A stretch of DNA of 64,000 bases, taken from contig NW_026782198.1 of assembly GCF_031769215.1 (NCBI RefSeq), positions 930,001 to 994,000 on the forward strand, read 5' to 3'. The position numbers and the translations under genes were made by a program. This document shows, in pieces, positions 36,948-49,441 of this stretch (its first letter is position 1; every line of letters starts with the position of its first letter). The DNA is from Ylistrum balloti. Taxonomy: Eukaryota. The notes below the pieces were generated by a model. The model saw only the letters and a program-made list of their open reading frames with translations, searched no databases and was not told the DNA's origin.

Positions 36948-38981
36948 ATGGCTACCGATCTGTCAAATAAACTGAACCATGACTTAGACAGTTATGGATT
37001 TTCAAGAAGCTTCACTGATTATCGAAGAAAGGTAACGACTTGCTTTGCCTACGAAGTGGGCGATGATAAAGTTGAACAACGTAACGACGTCCGTAACATA
37101 TTTGTTGGCAGTAAACGTGATGCATTGAGTAGTGTGTCTGATGACCAAACAGATTATGATAATCTCATGGTCTCAACACCCCTGGTGTTCTGTGATGAAA
37201 GAAACATAGACCTAGCAAATCAGTATATATCAGGCATGCCTAACTCTGTCGATCCTTTGTTGATTTTTGAAAGTGGGCCAAACGCTGGGTATAAGAAAAT
37301 AAAGGTTTTCCTGTATGAAAAAGCAGTTCAGCCCTGGATGTTCACGAAGAAAATGGATACGATTTACATGCCAAACACATTAACAAAAGAACTTATGATG
37401 TCGATGGCTGGCGACACTCACAGGAACCTAGAAGTTGAAACCCATGGACCAGCTGTAAATGCGGTAACAACGGTTTATTCTGGAAAGAAAACCGTGGAAT
37501 GGGATTTTGTTATGGCCTACAAATGTCCGTTTCTACCATCAGACTACGATGAGTGGTGTGAAAGAAAAAGGACCTACAACTGGCCTCCCCCGTGGATTAT
37601 AGAGGCAACAAAGAAAGATGGCTGTCTGGTCGTTAGCGTTGGTCATAACGCTAGCGACACCACAGGTTGGCGTCTTTCAGTGACGAAAACAGAACATTAC
37701 CTCACAAAGTCATTTAATGATACTCAGATGAAATGTTACACCTTACTGAAGCTGGTGTTGAAGTGGATCATCCAACCACAATTAAAAGATCCCTTGAGTT
37801 CCTATCATATGAAAACTGTGATGTTCTGGATGTCTGAGGAACGCGAGAGTTGTTTCTGGAGACCTGACAACCTGATCGACTGTTTCATTTCTTCCTTATT
37901 GAAACTGAAAACGTTCGTTGAAAACAAATTCTGTCCAAACTATTTCTTGACTGCTCTTAACTTGCTTGAAGGGAAACTAGAAGGTGTCATGCATATGGAA
38001 GTCCTCAGAATCTTGGACAGTATTATCGAAGAAGGACCTGCTGTAGTGTACAGATGTTTGCCGTTAGATGCCCACCTGAATGGTTCGGAATGTAACCATT
38101 ACCATAATGAATCGTGCTTATGTTTACAGAAACATAACCTCAATCAACGAATTGAGGAAATAGATTTCATTGATTTTGCAGTCATTAACAGATCTTCTAC
38201 ATCAGAAACCCTAAACCTCAACGCCAATTCTAACCCTAACCGAATCAAAGATTCGTTTCAATCATGTTGTAGCAGGTTAGTTGACTGGTACGTCGTCAAT
38301 GAATATCTCAATCGGTCAATATCACATTCTCATGCATTCTCAACTTTATCAGTATATGAGGAAATGGGCCTTCCAAACAAACGTCTGTATTCCTTACAAA
38401 AAAAGTACATCGCTGTGCTTCGTGGGAATGGACATGTTGCACGGATGAAACTAGCCACGTTCTTACATTACAGAAGACGATTGGAATATTGCATACCTCT
38501 CCTATCGCTCGCAATAAAGGCAATGGAGTCCAGCCCAGCATTCGAAATGTGCAAAGAGGAAGGGGCAAGTGCAAACCATACTGAGCAAATTGAGGGTATT
38601 GAATGTGTCTACCTCACACAGCTCATTAAGGAGTTTCGGGTGTCCGAGATTGTGTTTGGCCCTTGTGACACGCATTTAATCCCCCCGGATCTAAAGAACG
38701 AGATGAGGCGACCAAAGACAGTGAATGGTACTCATTACGAAGGATGGGTGTTTGTCGACTCCATAGTGTACGCGTACTACCTTATGATTGTGACCCTTCA
38801 TGACATGCGCAGATATAGCGGTATCATCTCTTTGTTCAGACGGTTCCACAACGTCTACACTCAAAAACCAGGCGCCATCCGGATTTTCAGGAAAGAGATG
38901 GCAAAACGATTGTTCGAGCATGCCTTCATGTTGGTGTGGAAAACGACCAATGGATTCACTGACTTTTCCGGGTCGATGTGA
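36948..38981 (+). CDS. Mab-21-domain nucleotidyltransferase, cGAS-like receptor (cGLR) family; single coding exon, 677 aa
   Basis: Uninterrupted ORF after an acceptor (ttacag, exon starts 36932). G54-S55-x13-D69-Y-D71, third acidic residue D186 (EWDFV), WRLS, and Mab-21 helical lobe CYTLLKLVLK...LSSYHMKTVMFW...CPNYF...NLL. Confidence 0.9.
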   Translation: MATDLSNKLNHDLDSYGFSRSFTDYRRKVTTCFAYEVGDDKVEQRNDVRNIFVGSKRDALSSVSDDQTDYDNLMVSTPLVFCDERNIDLANQYISGMPNSVDPLLIFESGPNAGYKKIKVFLYEKAVQPWMFTKKMDTIYMPNTLTKELMMSMAGDTHRNLEVETHGPAVNAVTTVYSGKKTVEWDFVMAYKCPFLPSDYDEWCERKRTYNWPPPWIIEATKKDGCLVVSVGHNASDTTGWRLSVTKTEHYLTKSFNDTQMKCYTLLKLVLKWIIQPQLKDPLSSYHMKTVMFWMSEERESCFWRPDNLIDCFISSLLKLKTFVENKFCPNYFLTALNLLEGKLEGVMHMEVLRILDSIIEEGPAVVYRCLPLDAHLNGSECNHYHNESCLCLQKHNLNQRIEEIDFIDFAVINRSSTSETLNLNANSNPNRIKDSFQSCCSRLVDWYVVNEYLNRSISHSHAFSTLSVYEEMGLPNKRLYSLQKKYIAVLRGNGHVARMKLATFLHYRRRLEYCIPLLSLAIKAMESSPAFEMCKEEGASANHTEQIEGIECVYLTQLIKEFRVSEIVFGPCDTHLIPPDLKNEMRRPKTVNGTHYEGWVFVDSIVYAYYLMIVTLHDMRRYSGIISLFRRFHNVYTQKPGAIRIFRKEMAKRLFEHAFMLVWKTTNGFTDFSGSM

Positions 38982-41900
38982 TATAGATATAAGTGCATCA
39001 CAACAGAAAAGCTTAAAGTTGATTGAACTGTTCTGTACCCACGTGTGTTTTGCTTACATAAGCAGTTTGGGCGTAATGATATGACCTTTTGAAAAATGCC
39101 GCTAATTGATATGTAAAACTGACAATTTCACAAATAATGAAATGTAGAAGATATAACTCATTACAAAATATAGCCAGAAACTAATTGGTTTGTTATCTTA
39201 AAAAATGATAGAAAATATAGATATTGAAAGTGAACAAATTAGCTGATTTCAAAACTGAATGGAAAATTAGTCGGCAGGATGCTAGATGAATTGGCTATTT
39301 TTTGAACCATTAGATCAAGCAGAGATCATAGATAGATATATTTCGAATCTTCGCTGTAAGAAAAGACCGATTGATCATTGCTGCAGAGTTGCTATTTGTT
39401 TGTTTATCAAATTGATAGAAAAATACGTGTGCAATAAGCTGAGAAATGATACACCAAATGTTAAGGTTTTCGCCGTTAAAAGGGAGGTAACTCGCATAAC
39501 CTTTGTTGACTTCGGCTATTATCGATTTATTTCTCAATTTAAAAAATCACACTTTACGTGCAACTTTTCCGAGCTTAAACCGTACAATACAATACACGAA
39601 TATCCTGTCATTAAGTATATATGTTATCAGATCGGTCTCAATGATTTTTATCAAACAATATAGAAACAGACATTGCGTCACGAAATCAGCTTTTCAACCA
39701 GCGGAGCACAGAACCGTCGATGGGCGGCGAAACGCCTTTAGTACTTAAGAGGGGCTATACTTTACACTGTTTCTTGCATCGTTGGGCTAACTTTTTTATA
39801 GCCTAATATGTTCGAGAATAAAATGAACAGTTAAAACTGAAATGTATTGATTTATTTGCATTTGAGTTAGTTAGATACTGAGGGAAATTTCGACAATATG
39901 TCACAGCTTGAAATGATTGCTAGGTTTTTTTTCAGTATTTGGGGTGGGTGTAGAAGAGGCGTTTTCAAATTACAAAGTTACTCATACTAGAAACAAATCT
40001 TAATGAAATTTAGAAAATGTTTTTTTATTGATGATTATTACATCTGCATTAATTTTGTTGTGAGGTGAAAATGTTTGGATTTATTTGTTGGGTTTATCGC
40101 TCCGTGAACAGCAAGGGTAATTTTTAAACGAAATCTCCTTGAGACATGTCATTAAACCCTTTTAAGTTTCCAGGGATGCAACTACGTCAGCACAGACTTG
40201 TCCACTTCTCAATTTCCTGAGAAATACAAACTGCCGCTGGTTAGGAGTGTTAAACCATGTACCTCGGATCTTCTTCTGATGTAACGTGGGACAATTCCAT
40301 TTGTATTAAGATTAAGCTTTCTATTACGGCCTCAAGTAATTATGGGAAATAGCATTCGATGTCAATATCAAATCAAACAACCTCCAGGAATGATTATTTT
40401 ACACTCGTCAATTCTTTACATATTTAACGCTGAATACAGTATTTACAGTACAGATTTAAACCATATATATTTACCATAGAGGGGAGGTACAAAGACTTCA
40501 AGATGATGAAAAAATGGAATTTTCTTCTGCATTGTTGTAACGTTCTAATTTTGCGATTTGAGAATAAATGAGAATATGAATAATAGCGTTTGTATTTTAA
40601 ACCGACATCAATATTTATTTAAAATTTAGACGTTGCGCTCAGAATCGATGACTACAAGTCAGTTGACCAAAGTGCAGCTGTTATATTCTGCCAGAAACCC
40701 ATGAATTTCTTGGGAAAATGTCTTAAAATTGTGAAAAATTATCTATCACTTTATTATCGTTATTTTTATTCATTTGTGTGTTTTTCCCCTCATTTTTTTC
40801 TCGCGTTGTAACGCGGCACATGAATACAGTATGCACAAGTGATAAAGGTTCTACATAAAACACATGCTGATAGTGCTGAAAATTGTACCTACTCATATGA
40901 AATGTTATACAACCAACCCAATTGACCTTAACTATGTTTTCTTGGTTATGTACCTGTATAAATACAATACATATCTATTTATTTATTTTGGTATTTTCTC
41001 TCATGGTTCCTTGCACTACACTGCCATCATATCGGTGGAGTAGGCAGGATGCCACAGAACTTTGTTAGGGTAAACTGAATGTGTTACGTTAAAAACCAAT
41101 ACAAGTATATATTAGACGCTTGCCCGGACAGACAAATGTGGATAGGTAGGCATGGTAACTCATTTTAGAAAAGTGGAAATAGGAGTAATTTCCCCTTACC
41201 TATCACTGGTGTATAGAGTTTCTCTCCGCTTTATTGTGAAACATTGGATATTTAAAATGTGTACTATAATTATATACATGTAAAATATAATCATTTATAA
41301 AATAGTTATCTCCGTGTTAGTTATTTAAATATTTTTGGTATGTTTGTTGGTTTGTATTTTTGTTTGTTTTTTTTTCTATTTGATTTATGGCAAGCATTTC
41401 ATTATTCACCTACACCTAATTGTGCATCTATTGCCTTCATCGAACTTACTTGTGACCTTCGTCTGATTTGCTGGGACACACAACTCGCGTCCACCTTGTG
41501 TATGCACTTTTTACTTTTTTCTACACATTTTGTCTGAGCAGTTATTTCATCTTATACATGTACATGACATTCACTTTGTATGTCTTTGACCTTCACCTTG
41601 TAAGTCTGTAATCTAATGTTATTTTTATCTTATATAAATAACAATTAAAGACCTTGCTTTTTTCACACTGTTGTACATTTATAAAGTATGTTGGATTCAC
41701 TGATTTACATTAAATTCATTTATTTAGTATATATTGATTTCATCTTGTTTTTTTTTTATCAGTTTATTTATTCTTTACTTTTTTCTTTACTCTTTAATCA
41801 AAATTTTCTTTCGGATACTCAGTATCAATGCAGATATCAATTCAACGACCATTACATTCTATAACCAGCATCGATTAAAATCAAAGACTTATCGTTAGTA

Positions 41901-43844
41901 TATTTTGCTATGTCTAAAACATTATCAACAATTCTATCCTACTTACGAATTCCAGCGGTGGTCGGTGTTTCCGCAAGATGATTAATTTTCATTAACTATC
42001 TCTGATAGACAAAATTATTTTTGAATATTTGACCCCCCCCATTGTACTTCGTCTGAGAAGCGTTGAAAATAAATGACTCCTCTTCCGTTTTCCATTTATA
42101 TCCTAAAACCATACAAGAAAAAAATGAAGAAATATGTCATAATGTTCTGAAATCACTTTCCATAAAGGTTAATGCGAAAAAACTATCAACCTGGGAAGTT
42201 ATGTACATATTTGATATACCTATTTATTGAAGTTCAAATAAGAAAATGTCACATGCGCATATGATTTATTTATAACGGTAATTGAAAATTTCTCAATATA
42301 CGATCCATCTTTAAGGTTACGACTGTTCATATCGCTAGCATCATATATCACCATTAACGTTTGTAATAAAACTATGATATTGTAGCTCCGGAATAGCCTT
42401 CCCGTCAAACGGATCGGTTTGTTAGAAATGCTATGGCGGTCGGCAGTTGGCTAATATCCGTTATTTTATTGTAGAGAAATTGCGTCGTTAAGAGATCAGT
42501 AGCTGTACGCGGAAAATAAATCAGGGATCATATTTGTAAACATGTCTAGCGCAGACCTTAATATTGATGGAAACTATCAATATTAATGGCCAAAGCGCGA
42601 TTCGTTTCCGTCCATATCATCTGCCTTGCGCTACCCGCTCTCCAAGTGGTATGACAGCCTATTTATGCCTGCTAAATATTTTATAAACATCATTTATTAA
42701 TATTTATACGACATTACCTTCTAGGAATAAATTGATAAAGATCCACAACAGGGGGCGATCAATAAAATTGTACGGGTAATATTTTTGTAATACAGAAAGG
42801 GTGATTTTTGTGACCATTTTGATCCCCCGGGGTTGGGAACGTGCAAGACGAATTGAATTGTATTGTGTTGGATAATGGCGGACCTTGGGAGGGGGTATAA
42901 AATATTGTCTGGGAAGATTCCTCCCTGATGAACATTTATATCTATAAAGAAAAATATGAGGCTCCTATTCAGATTGTCTTTGTTCAGTGGGTCTTGAGAA
43001 CCCATTAATAAAAGAGGAGGGTGTGTTATTGTGTAGCGTTGACAAATCGTACTTATTTAAACGACCGTGGTGGTTCCATGTGGGGTTCGTTTAGCTCATA
43101 ATTCTTTGGAATTTCCTTTTTTTCTTTACAACAGTGCTGGTGACAGTTATACTGGAACTAAACAAAACACTATTAATCACAATTAAGTCTCCTCAAATTT
43201 AATGAATTACAAATTTAAAACAAAACAAAACAGGCACATACACAAACAAAAAATAAATCAGAGAAAAAAATATGACTGTGATTTCATCCTTGAAGGCAGC
43301 AAGTGGAAATATATTCTTATCAAAGTGTTTAATGTTTTAGAATTTTGTTTTTATTTAATTCTTCATCAAAATACAATTCTGGAAGTTTGACAGCTTTTTT
43401 TTAATTCTTGATTAATTTGACAGCAATTCAGAGCTTTACAAATTAAAATTATATTTTCAAGATCGTTGGATTGTGCGATTACTTTATAGTGATATTTACA
43501 GTTATCTCCCTTCATATTACGAGCCGCATTCTTTGCGATTCAATTTCAAATATAGCTCGTGGTTGTTTTAAAATCCAATGTTATATATCTGATAGTTTTC
43601 GCGCCATACTAACACAGACTTTGACGATAAAATGATTGCAAACATTTTGGTTGGAAATCTGGAAAATAGTCATTTTCATATGCTGTAAACTGCATGTTAT
43701 TTCTTTTCTAATGACAAACAATTACAGAAGACATCATGCGTATTAAGGTTCTACTAAGTGTCGATTATCTCAATACTGAACAATTATAAAGTGGAGCCTC
43801 ACATATATCTTATGATATGTTTCTTTAAACTGAAAATGTGTTTC

Positions 43845-44005
43845 CAGGAATATTTTGTAAAGTAAAGTCTCACATATGTCCGACAATCTGTCTTAGTGAA
43901 TTAAACATGTGTAATCAGGAATATTTTGTAAAGTGAAGTCTCACACATATGTCCGACAATCTGTCTTAGTGAATTAAACATGTGTAATCAGGAATATTTT
44001 GTAAG
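43845..44005. repeat. About 72-bp tandem repeat, 2.3 copies
   Basis: caggaatattttgtaa starts at 43845, 43916, 43989. Confidence 0.85.
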
Positions 44006-44395
44006 GATGTGCCTCCCATATGTCATGCTAGTTTGCCCTGTAATCTGAACCTGTGTAAACATGGGTATTTATATCTCAAACATGTCCTACTGTCTGTTTG
44101 TCTAAACTGGAACTGTAATAAGGAGTTCTGTATATGATAAATAGTAACCTTTCCTATTTTATGTATTGTTGGTGATTGAATATTTGTTTTCAATGTTATT
44201 GTAAGAATGTTTATTTACCCCTGAGGATGAGAAAATCCCCGCCATTAAAGTCAATATAGCAAAGGATGAAAACTATAGTCTTGATCTACAATGAACGCTA
44301 ATGTTCGCTATAAATCAGATGTACTCTACAATAACAGTCAACCGAAATTGAATTATCATAACAACATGTAAAATGGGCTCTTCAGTCTTTATTAT

Positions 44396-44560
44396 GGTCG
44401 GTGGCGCAGTGGTAGCACACTCGCCTGTCACGTGGACGTCCGAGGAGGGTTCACCTGTCCCATCACGTGGGTTGACCTCGGATACTCCGGTTTCGTGGTG
44501 CAGCAAAACTCCTCGTGCGCTTCAATTCGAGTCAACAGGAATGATTAATATCAGCTGGAT
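44396..44560 (+). mobile_element. tRNA-derived SINE with V-domain-like core
   Basis: A box TGGCGCAGTGG (44402-44412), degenerate B box gggttcac, then gtgggttgacctcggatactccggtttc resembling the V-SINE core. Not a foldable tRNA. Confidence 0.6.
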
Positions 44561-46827
44561 TTTTTCCCCGCAATTGATATAACAGAAAACAAAGCTGAAT
44601 TTAATTCTTAAATTCAAAGCCTTAAGTACGCTTTAAATCAAATTCCTAGAGACTAATTGACGTCATATTTTTGCTGTGAAATATATTACGAAAAAGTTAT
44701 ATGCATTTCAATTATCTCCCCTTAACTTGATATCTGATACAAGCGCAGAGAGATCAATTTGCTCGACACAATGCTTAGACGGTTTAAACTAAATAATCAG
44801 ACATATCTTCGATTCCTGATTATACATATTAAGTATATTGATATAGAATCTGGATATAAATGACACATCAAGTTGCAGTAGATTGATATCAGATATCATC
44901 TAAATAGTTGTATAAATTGATTAATTTATGCAGCCGACATTTATCCAATTAGCAATCGATGTTTATCAAAGCAGCTTCCCGAGCACGAGGTCCCCCTAAA
45001 CGTTTAAAGACGGGCTACAGCTGCCACAGTAGAGATGTCACTGCCTAGTTAGCTTGAAATGGTCTTGACGCAAATTTAGCAGATATTTTTTTCAGATAGA
45101 CAAATCGAAAAGCACAACGAAAAATATCTTCAATTATTTCCTAAATTAATACATCCGAGAAAGGAGACAGAGCAATGAGTAATTTTCGAAATTATAGAAA
45201 ACAAAGACATTGATAAATTATGGAGAAAAATAAGAATCAAGCTAACGAGTCATTATCGTGTTTACTAAAGAGCAGAAATATGTAGATTACTTCAAAGAGT
45301 AACGCCGGGTTGACAGCTGCTCTCACAAAATTGACAACGGAAACTGCTATCGACAACGCCCGTCGCTTTATTTAATATTTTGGCAGGAAAATATTAAACA
45401 TTCAATGCGAATTATGTCCCATATTTCTCTGCCAGTGAAAGGTTATAGCGGTCAAATAAATATCTATCATGGAAGGTGTTGAAAATTAAGCACTACATTT
45501 TCAGAATGTATATACAAACACATGAATTGTATATACTGTCTTATCTAAGTTGTAAACGGTAGTATTTTGATTTCAGTCCCTCTAACCAAAATCGCTAAAT
45601 TACGGCAAAAATTGTACGTACGAGGTGTATCTCTCATAGCAAGCATGCGTTTATTTATAAAAACTTATCTTTCGTACCAACATAACTTTTATCGATAAAC
45701 ATACAATCCAAAAATATAAAATGCTATTTGAATCAAGACATATCATGTCTTGTATAGTGCTTAAAAACAGAAAAAAAGATCACATTTTGTATGTGAATAT
45801 TAATCCTAAATTTGCACGCGTCTCTTTTAAATAAACAGCTTATAACATTTTTAACTTAAAACAAATTTTAATTTTGTGAAAGTTGAACTAGAAATTAAAC
45901 CGCATCATGCGTGATACCTTTTATTCTCCTGGGAATTTTCTAAATTTTGAAGCTTGGGAGACGAATGTATTGTCGGTATTGTACTATATTGTCATATTGT
46001 TTTGTATTGTCATATGTAATGTATCTTTGGAGAAGGCGTTGATAAGTTGTAATAACTTGTGCCTAATCCACTGTCTGTATTTGACAATAAACATTTTTTA
46101 AACCTGAATGAAGAAAATCGAAAGAAAAGACAAATTCTAGAAGGGGAGGGACACTAGCCTCATATTTCATTAAATTTCATTATTTTCATATATCTAAGTT
46201 TAGGACACTGTAGATTATATATGCATATATTAAAACGTGGCATGCAGGTTACGGCAAACTTTGGGGACTAAACTTCCTAGTATAATATATATAATATAAT
46301 GATATAAAAGTTCAGGATAAATGAGCTTTCAATCATTATGAATTTATGAAACGTCATTTGAAACTTTTATTTTTGTGAGTCTTGGCGGTTTTATCTAAAT
46401 CCCATATGAAATTGAAAAACACATCACTCAGGAAAAAAATGTCAGGACATAATGTAAAAATATGAAGGACAAAACCAAAACAGAGGCAACCATTTTCTTT
46501 GTGTCGTTTTTAATCCATGACATAACGTCATTGTTCATATTATGAAATCGCCATTGGTCGATTTCTGACAGGCGCAGCCAATGAAAAAAGCCCAAGGGTA
46601 TATTTTACACTAGTGACATAAACGCAAAAGCATTACATGAACGAATTCTCTAAATAACAAGCGAATTACATGATAAAATCAGAAGTTCAACTTTTGACGT
46701 TGTTTTGATGATAACTTTTATTTTATTTGTCTTTTGATGACTTTTCATTTTCCTCAGTCGATTCCTAAATAGCTATATGATGCAGTTTTAATTCATTGTT
46801 TGGTTCGGCTGTATATGACTTTTGTAT

Positions 46828-46894
46828 TGTATCCTTAGAACCATTACAACGTCAAAACAAGCACAAAAGACGTTGTAATGGTTCTAAGGGTACA
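46828..46894. repeat. Near-perfect hairpin: 26-bp arms, 15-nt loop
   Basis: tgtatccttagaaccattacaacgtc / gacgttgtaatggttctaagggtaca, one mismatch. Confidence 0.9.
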
Positions 46895-49216
46895 GATTCG
46901 TTACGTTATATTCATTGTCAATATAGATACAATAATGATTGAAGGATAGTAGACAGACATTCATTTAAAGTCATGGTGTTTTCTATATTCAGAATGCATT
47001 CATATTGACAAGGACTACAATCTGAAATGTCAATAGTTTAATAGTTACTGACTGTATGATAACATTTTAGATCATTTAAAAAAATGATCCCGTGTCTTGT
47101 TATCATGACGATTATAAAGATACAAATATCTGTTTATTTACTCAAAAAAGGCTGCTTATTTATAATTCATTAATTTTGCATTCGCAAAAAAACAAAATGA
47201 AGATGACTATGCCTTTGCATATCTCAAGTCAACGAGGAAAACGATGTTAAAGTTTTGATTTTTTATTTCAAAGCTTTATCCGAAAACTTAAAGTTATTCT
47301 TCGCCTGCACATGCTATGTCGGTAACTAATCGAAAGCAAAGCATAGGCTAAACACTTGAAGAAAAAAGTGTTAGTTAATTACAGTCGCATAACACGCCAT
47401 ATGCTGACGAGAGCCCTTATCATACAAACCAAGCCGATCGAACGCTCTCCTCAATACCAATTGTCTCCCAATTCGTTGGCCCGACAAACTCCAACACCAG
47501 CTTTTCATGGGATAATTTGATAATGTAAGAAGCTAATTAATTGGTCATTGATGAACGCTCACCAGGGACCTTTCCAGCTTTGAAGAGGATTGATATCAAC
47601 CCAGAAGGGCTTAATTATATATCTGGATTTCAGCATGAACTGGTTCATATTAGATATTGCAATAGTGACTAACACATATTTCCCTATCACAGATGACGTA
47701 GAAATTAACATTGCCCTTTTTATGCTTCTCAAAGAACCAGATGTACATGATCCGGTACTTATCATGACAACCCCGAACATCCGGTTGCTGAGAAATTCAT
47801 GTAACGAGTTTACAAGTTTATCTATTTTCCTCAGATAGATCAAAAGGTATCGCATGAGACATAAAACACAACAATACAGTTCAATGGCGAAATAGACAGT
47901 AAGTATACCAAACATAATATATATAATCTGTAATGTATGCTTTCCAAATTTTCTATATTTCATATTTTGTTTTAGATATGTCGTGAAATGAACTATGAGT
48001 TTAAATAGTGTACAAATACTAATTTTCGCGGGGGATTTATTTTCGATAATTTCGTGGATACTCATAATCCACGAATTCCTATGCCCACGAACTGTTAAAA
48101 TGAGTTTGATAACATTTATTCTGCCTACCAAATATTGATCTTGAATATGTACAAAAATTGGGCCCAAAGAAAATATGTAATTTTAACAGTATTAAAAAAT
48201 CAGGGATAGAATAAAGAAAAATATGTAACGCAGAATTTAGAAAAAAGTGTTTAAAAAGTTTTCATTCGAATAACAAGCTTAAAACATCAACTGCAAAAAG
48301 AATATATTTAACTAACATTCAATAATGGGATTTAATAGTATTCTATTAATCATAATGAAATTTCAAGTAAAAATAAATCAAATAAATTTTAATTCCTGTG
48401 ATAATTCAGATATGAAAGATAAATCTTAACGAAATTATGTAATAATTTATACAATTACTTTGATATTTCTACACTATAGGGATGAAACAATATCTGAACT
48501 ATCAGAGGACACAGTACGAATTTAATTATGAATAGATTGTCAACAATAATCATATTTGATGTTAAAAGTTTCTGTGAACATAAGTAAAACTAAGGGGAGA
48601 CGAGACTTACTAGCATGTGTAGATAAACATGCACTTGAGTTTGGTTTTATGTACACCGAAAACGTAAATACAAAATCCGTGGAGCTAAGGGGCGAGGACA
48701 AATCTGTGCCTGTACTTTCTTACTCGTTAAATGTATTTCATTAGCTTAAGCCCCTAGCAACACGGACGATTGTATGGTGAAGTTAAATAAAATATTTGTT
48801 TAGCCTACATGGAATGTTAAATCGTTATTGGAAAGTGCTACTTACATGTCTTTATACAATAATAAATCGGTTGTGACATCAGAGACACAGTTTCGTATTT
48901 TCCCGACACAGAGTATTGTGAACAGTGTACAGTGATAATACGGACTAATATGGTGAAGTACATCGATTGTTCTGGTCTGTATATTATCTCCATTGTGTAT
49001 TTACTCAGACAAGAAATGACAAGGAGGTTCTACGGTAACATATTCTGACAGCAACATTATGTCATAGAGAGAATATGTTATCATAACATCAATCACCCGT
49101 TTTAACTTTGAAAGAAAGTGTAAAAAAAGGCAAATACCAGCATGTGAATATAATCATCATTCAAACTCAGATTCAATAAAACCAGGCCAAAATATGACAA
49201 AAGAAAGCTTTACACA

Positions 49217-49441
49217 GAGACTCCGTAAAACGCACATGAAAAATAAGACCAAGTGTTCCTGAAGAGAAAGCGTCTTCTGCTACATAGACGACGCTTGCCG
49301 TGTAAATTTTGGTCAATCAAAGTAAATAGTGTCAGGTTGTCAACTGAGAACAAGGTATACAACAACGGAACTAACAGGCTAACTAATGAGCATCAAATAT
49401 GTCCAGCTTCATATCACACAAAGAAATAGAATGTTTCTCAA
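49217..49441 (+). repeat. Dispersed 225-bp repeat, copy 2
   Basis: Same length and orientation as 33321-33545. Confidence 0.8.

Noticed and set aside
38308-39084. ORFs overlapping the cGLR
   Set aside because: Alternative or antisense frames without independent support.
44396-44470. tRNA gene
   Set aside because: A box present but B box degenerate, no cloverleaf, and it runs into a SINE core.
47559-48167. 202-aa minus-strand ORF
   Set aside because: AT-biased composition, overlaps a MITE-like repeat, no motif.
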